DNA of 64,000 nucleotides. Source: an uncultured Planctomycetota bacterium (GTDB lineage Bacteria > Planctomycetota > PLA2 > JAEUHO01). The notes under the pieces are model-generated. The model saw nothing but the letters and a program-made list of their open reading frames with translations. It did not search any database and was not told the DNA's origin. The position numbers were made by a program, and so were the translations under genes. Positions within the stretch are counted from its first letter, which is position 1; each line of letters begins with the position of its first letter. Location: assembly GCA_963772585.1 (NCBI GenBank), contig CAVYXV010000004.1, positions 275,375 to 339,374 of the forward strand, written 5' to 3'. Positions 60,734-64,000 of this stretch are shown piece after piece.

Positions 60734-61956
60734 GGGTCGCCACCCAACGCCGGATCGACCGTCTCGCCGGCGGGCTCCTCTGCGGGATGACCACGTGGAG
60801 GGCACGGCTCCTGCCCCGTCCGGAGGGCGACGGGCCCATCCGTCACGTCGCGGTGATCCTCCTCTCGGAGATGGGCAGCCTCGTCCTCGCGCGTCCCATG
60901 TTCGACCGCCTCCGCGAGCGCTACCCCGACGCCACCCTCCATGCGGTCGTGTTCGAGCAGAACCGCGAGGTGCTCGATCTCCAGGGCGTCGTGCCCCCGG
61001 AGAACGTCCTGACGCTGAGGAACGACCGCTTCGGCCACCTCGCTCACGACGCGCGCGCCGCCACGAGGCGCCTGCGCGCGCTCCCGCTCGACGTCTCGGT
61101 CGATTGCGAGCTCTTCGCGCGGGTGAGCGCCCTCCTCTCGTGGATGAGCGGGGCGCGGATCCGGGTCGGGTTCGACCGCCACACCCAGGAGGGGCTCTAC
61201 CGCGGAGACCTGCTCAACCGGAAGGTCCTGTACAACCCCTACCAGCACATCGCCCACCAGTTCGTGACGCTGGCCGAGGCGATCGAAGCGAAGGGAACCC
61301 CCCGCGTGAAGCGCGTGGTACCCGACGCCCCCCCTGTCCTCGAGCGCCTTTCCCTGCCCGCGGCCGACGTGGAGGCCCTCGGCCGACGGCTCCTCGGCGA
61401 CCGGCCCGCGCTCGCCGGGCGGCGCCTCGTCCTGCTCTCGCCTTCCGGCGGCCTCCTCCCGATCCGCGCGTGGCCCATGGAGCATTGGATCGACCTCGGG
61501 CGGACGCTCCTGGACGACGGGTACGCCCTCGGGGTGATCGGCCTGGAGCGCGACCGTCCGGTCGCGCGCCGGCTCCTGGGCGCCCTGGACGACCCTCACG
61601 CCGCGGACCTCACCGGGTGGACGCGGAGCGTCGCGGAGGTGCTCCTGCTCTTCCACCACGCCGCGCTCCTCGTCGCGAACGACGGGGGGCCGGGGCACTT
61701 CGCCGCCCTGACCCCGATGCCCGCCGTCGTGCTGTTCGGCCCCGAGACGCCGGTGCTCTACGGCACGCTGGACGACAAGTCCGTGAACCTGAGGACGAAC
61801 CTCTCCTGCTCGCCCTGCCTCACGGCGTACAACCATCGCAACTCCCCGTGCGACGGCGACAACGTCTGCCTGGCACTCCTCGACCCGACGCGCGTGCTCG
61901 CCGCCGCCCGGGACCTCCTCGCGCGCCACGCCGCCGGGTCCCTGGGGGCCTCGTAG
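60730..61956 (+). CDS. glycosyltransferase family 9 (LPS heptosyltransferase-like)
   Basis: The ATG overlaps the stop of the GT39 gene (ATGA). ...HVAVILLSEMGSLVLARPMFDRLRERYPDATLHAVV... N-domain, and ...RLVLLSPSGGLLPIRAWPMEHW...LLVANDGGPGHFAALTPMPAVVLFGPETP... C-domain, typical of RfaF/WaaC-type GT9 enzymes. Confidence 0.75.
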   Translation: MRVATQRRIDRLAGGLLCGMTTWRARLLPRPEGDGPIRHVAVILLSEMGSLVLARPMFDRLRERYPDATLHAVVFEQNREVLDLQGVVPPENVLTLRNDRFGHLAHDARAATRRLRALPLDVSVDCELFARVSALLSWMSGARIRVGFDRHTQEGLYRGDLLNRKVLYNPYQHIAHQFVTLAEAIEAKGTPRVKRVVPDAPPVLERLSLPAADVEALGRRLLGDRPALAGRRLVLLSPSGGLLPIRAWPMEHWIDLGRTLLDDGYALGVIGLERDRPVARRLLGALDDPHAADLTGWTRSVAEVLLLFHHAALLVANDGGPGHFAALTPMPAVVLFGPETPVLYGTLDDKSVNLRTNLSCSPCLTAYNHRNSPCDGDNVCLALLDPTRVLAAARDLLARHAAGSLGAS

Positions 61957-61984
61957 CATCGCGGCCTTCCCTGCGAGAGCTCCC

Positions 61985-63361
61985 ATGGTGCGCACGTGGC
62001 TCCGACCGCTGTCCGTCCTCCTCCTGGCCGCCGCCCTGCTGCTCCCGGCCCGCGCGGGGGAGGAGGCGGAAGCGCAGCCCCCGCTCCGGCACGTGATCCT
62101 CCTGATCGCCGACGGGGCGGGCTTCGCCCACTTCGAGGCCGCGAGCCTCTACCGGACGGGCCGCCGGGGAACGCAGGCCTGCTACGCCTTCCCCGTGCGT
62201 CTGGCCATGAGCAACTACCCGGCTGGCGGGAGCTACGACCCCGTGAGGGCTGTCGCCGCCGCGGACACCGTCCGGCGGGGCGCGACGGATTCCGCCGCGG
62301 CGATCACGGCGATGCTCTGCGGCGTCAAGACGAAGAACGGCGTGCTCGGTCTGGACGCCGCGGGCCGGCGGCAGGAGAGCGTCGTCGAGCGGATGGATGC
62401 CCGCGGGATGGCGACAGGGGTGGTCACGACCGTTCCCTTCACGCACGCGACGCCCGCGGGGGCCGTCGCGCACGTCGCCTCGCGGAACGACTACGGCACG
62501 ATCGCGCGGCAGATGCTCTTCGAGAGCGGCCTCGACGTGGTGATGGGCGCCGGCCACCCGGACTTCGACGACGACGGGAAGCGCCGGGAGGGCGCCCCGG
62601 ATCTTCGCTATCTCGGGGACGAGGCGACCTGGGAGCGCGCCCGGGACGGCGGTCGCTGGACCCTCGTCACCTCGCGCGACGGCATCCGCGCGCTCGCGGA
62701 GGGACCGGCGCCGAAGCGCCTGCTGGGGATCGCCCCGGTCGCGGCCACCTTGCAGGAGCGGCGGAGCGGGAACCCGATCGCGCCACCGTTCGCCGTCCCC
62801 GCGACGCCCGGCCTCCCGACGCTCGCGGAGATGACCGCGGCGGCCCTGAACGTCCTCGACGACGATTCCGACGGCTTCTTCCTCATGGTGGAGGGAGGCG
62901 CCGTCGACTGGGCGGCTCACCAGGGCCGCCTCGGGCGCCTCATCGAGGAGCAGATCGACTTCGACGCCGCGACGGACACCGTCCTCGCGTGGGTCGAGGA
63001 CCACGAGGCGTGGTCGGACACGCTCGTGATCGTGACCGCCGACCACGAGTGCGGCTTCCTCACGGGCCCCGAGCAGCCGGCGAAGGAGGGGGCGCCCCCC
63101 TGGTGGCTGGCGCCGATCGAGTCGAACGGCGCGGGCCGCCTGCCGCACGCGACGCTGCGCTCCAAGGGACACACGAACCAGCTCGTGCCGTTCTTCGCGA
63201 AGGGAGCCTTCGCCGACCGGTTCGCCCGTCTCGCGGCCGGGACGCACGATCCCGTGCGCGGGCCGTACTTCGACAACGTCGCCGTGGCGCGTGTCATCGA
63301 GGCGGCGCTCGACGAGTCCCCGACCGGGAACTCCCGGGGGGGGGAAGCCGGCCAACGGTAG
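61985..63361 (+). CDS. alkaline phosphatase (PhoA family), secreted
   Basis: Signal peptide MVRTWLRPLSVLLLAAALLLPARAGEE. ...ILLIADGAGFAH... with the phospho-Ser context, ...VTDSAAAITAMLCGVKT..., ...FFLMVEGGAVDWAAHQ..., ...IVTADHECG...: metal-ligand pattern of PhoA/PhoD-unrelated classic alkaline phosphatases. Confidence 0.8.
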   Translation: MVRTWLRPLSVLLLAAALLLPARAGEEAEAQPPLRHVILLIADGAGFAHFEAASLYRTGRRGTQACYAFPVRLAMSNYPAGGSYDPVRAVAAADTVRRGATDSAAAITAMLCGVKTKNGVLGLDAAGRRQESVVERMDARGMATGVVTTVPFTHATPAGAVAHVASRNDYGTIARQMLFESGLDVVMGAGHPDFDDDGKRREGAPDLRYLGDEATWERARDGGRWTLVTSRDGIRALAEGPAPKRLLGIAPVAATLQERRSGNPIAPPFAVPATPGLPTLAEMTAAALNVLDDDSDGFFLMVEGGAVDWAAHQGRLGRLIEEQIDFDAATDTVLAWVEDHEAWSDTLVIVTADHECGFLTGPEQPAKEGAPPWWLAPIESNGAGRLPHATLRSKGHTNQLVPFFAKGAFADRFARLAAGTHDPVRGPYFDNVAVARVIEAALDESPTGNSRGGEAGQR

Positions 63362-63371
63362 ACTCGCTCCA

Positions 63372-64000
63372 ATGAGCGAACAAACCATCGGGAGCGAGGC
63401 GCGCCCCTTGCGGGTCGCGGTCGTGGGGGCGGGGCCCAGCGGCTTCTACATCGTGCAGGGCCTCCTGAAGGCGAAGGACCTCGCCGTTTCCGTCGACCTG
63501 TTCGACCGTCTCCCGGCGCCCTACGGACTCGTGCGCTACGGCGTGGCGCCGGATCACCAGAACATCAAGGCCGTCACGAAAGTGTACGCGCGTCTCGCGA
63601 GCGACCCGTCGGTGCGCTTCTTCGGTGGCGTGGGCATCGGCACGGACCTGCACCTCGAGGACCTGGAGTCGCTCTACGACGAGATCGTGTTCTGCTCGGG
63701 TGCGCAGACGGACCGCCGTCTGGGCATCGAGGGCGAGGACCTCCAGGGGAGCCACCCCGCCACGTCGTTCGTGGCCTGGTACAACGGCCATCCCGACTAC
63801 AAGGACCTCACCTTCGAGTTGGACGCGGAGCGCGCCGTCGTCGTGGGCGTGGGCAACGTGGCCCTCGACGTCGCGCGCATGCTCTGCCGGACCCCGGAGG
63901 AGCTCGAGAAGACGGACATCGCCGACCACGCCCTCGCGGCGCTGCGCCGCAGTCGCGTGCGCGAGGTCGTCGTCCTGGGACGCCGGGGACCGGCGCAGGC
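63372..64000 (+). CDS. FAD-dependent NADPH:ferredoxin(adrenodoxin)-reductase-like oxidoreductase (FprA type), 5' partial (runs off window end)
   Basis: MSEQTIGSEARPLRVAVVGAGPSGFYIVQGLLKA...VDLFDRLPAPYGLVRYGVAPDHQ...VVVGVGNVALDVARML...: two Rossmann GxGxxG/A sites in the FprA/adrenodoxin-reductase order. No stop before position 64000. Confidence 0.7.
   Translation, partial: MSEQTIGSEARPLRVAVVGAGPSGFYIVQGLLKAKDLAVSVDLFDRLPAPYGLVRYGVAPDHQNIKAVTKVYARLASDPSVRFFGGVGIGTDLHLEDLESLYDEIVFCSGAQTDRRLGIEGEDLQGSHPATSFVAWYNGHPDYKDLTFELDAERAVVVGVGNVALDVARMLCRTPEELEKTDIADHALAALRRSRVREVVVLGRRGPAQ

Overview
This is a 64-kb stretch of a very GC-rich (about 70%) bacterial chromosome, probably a Gram-negative with many secreted TPR/HEAT/TolB-type proteins; I could not place the lineage more precisely from sequence alone. 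Most of the six-frame ORF track is antisense shadow ORFs typical of high-GC DNA. I support about 45 genes from motif-level reading of the translations. Housekeeping genes recognised: MoxR ATPase with a DUF58 partner, a PssA-like phosphatidylserine synthase, PanD, Hpt, PurL, type III glutamine synthetase, methionine aminopeptidase, LysS, adenine deaminase, a tyrosine phenol-lyase/tryptophanase-family lyase, alkaline phosphatase and an FprA-like reductase. Secreted or envelope proteins include two S41 peptidases (one tricorn-like), an M64 metallopeptidase, an FGE/SUMF1-domain protein, a thermonuclease, a ChaN lipoprotein, and GT39 and GT9 glycosyltransferases. Three things stand out. (1) An accessory-looking segment at about 19.4-24.3 kb holds a PilZ protein, an HNH-nuclease protein, a 580-bp noncoding gap with GGACA/TGTCC palindromes, a hypothetical secreted protein, and a tRNA-Met(CAU) whose last 32 nt plus its 3' flank are repeated in a 183-bp tandem array, which looks like an integration scar. 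(2) A previously uncharacterised dispersed structured repeat of about 295 bp occurs at least four times, each copy packed between convergent gene ends and within about 30 nt of a stop codon, with hairpins that keep their stems while loops change. (3) There are unusual gene fusions (FolK-PanC and AroD-AroE-AroK) and a PssA with a roughly 70-residue poly-Asp/Glu tail. I found no CRISPR array, rRNA, integrase or transposase.
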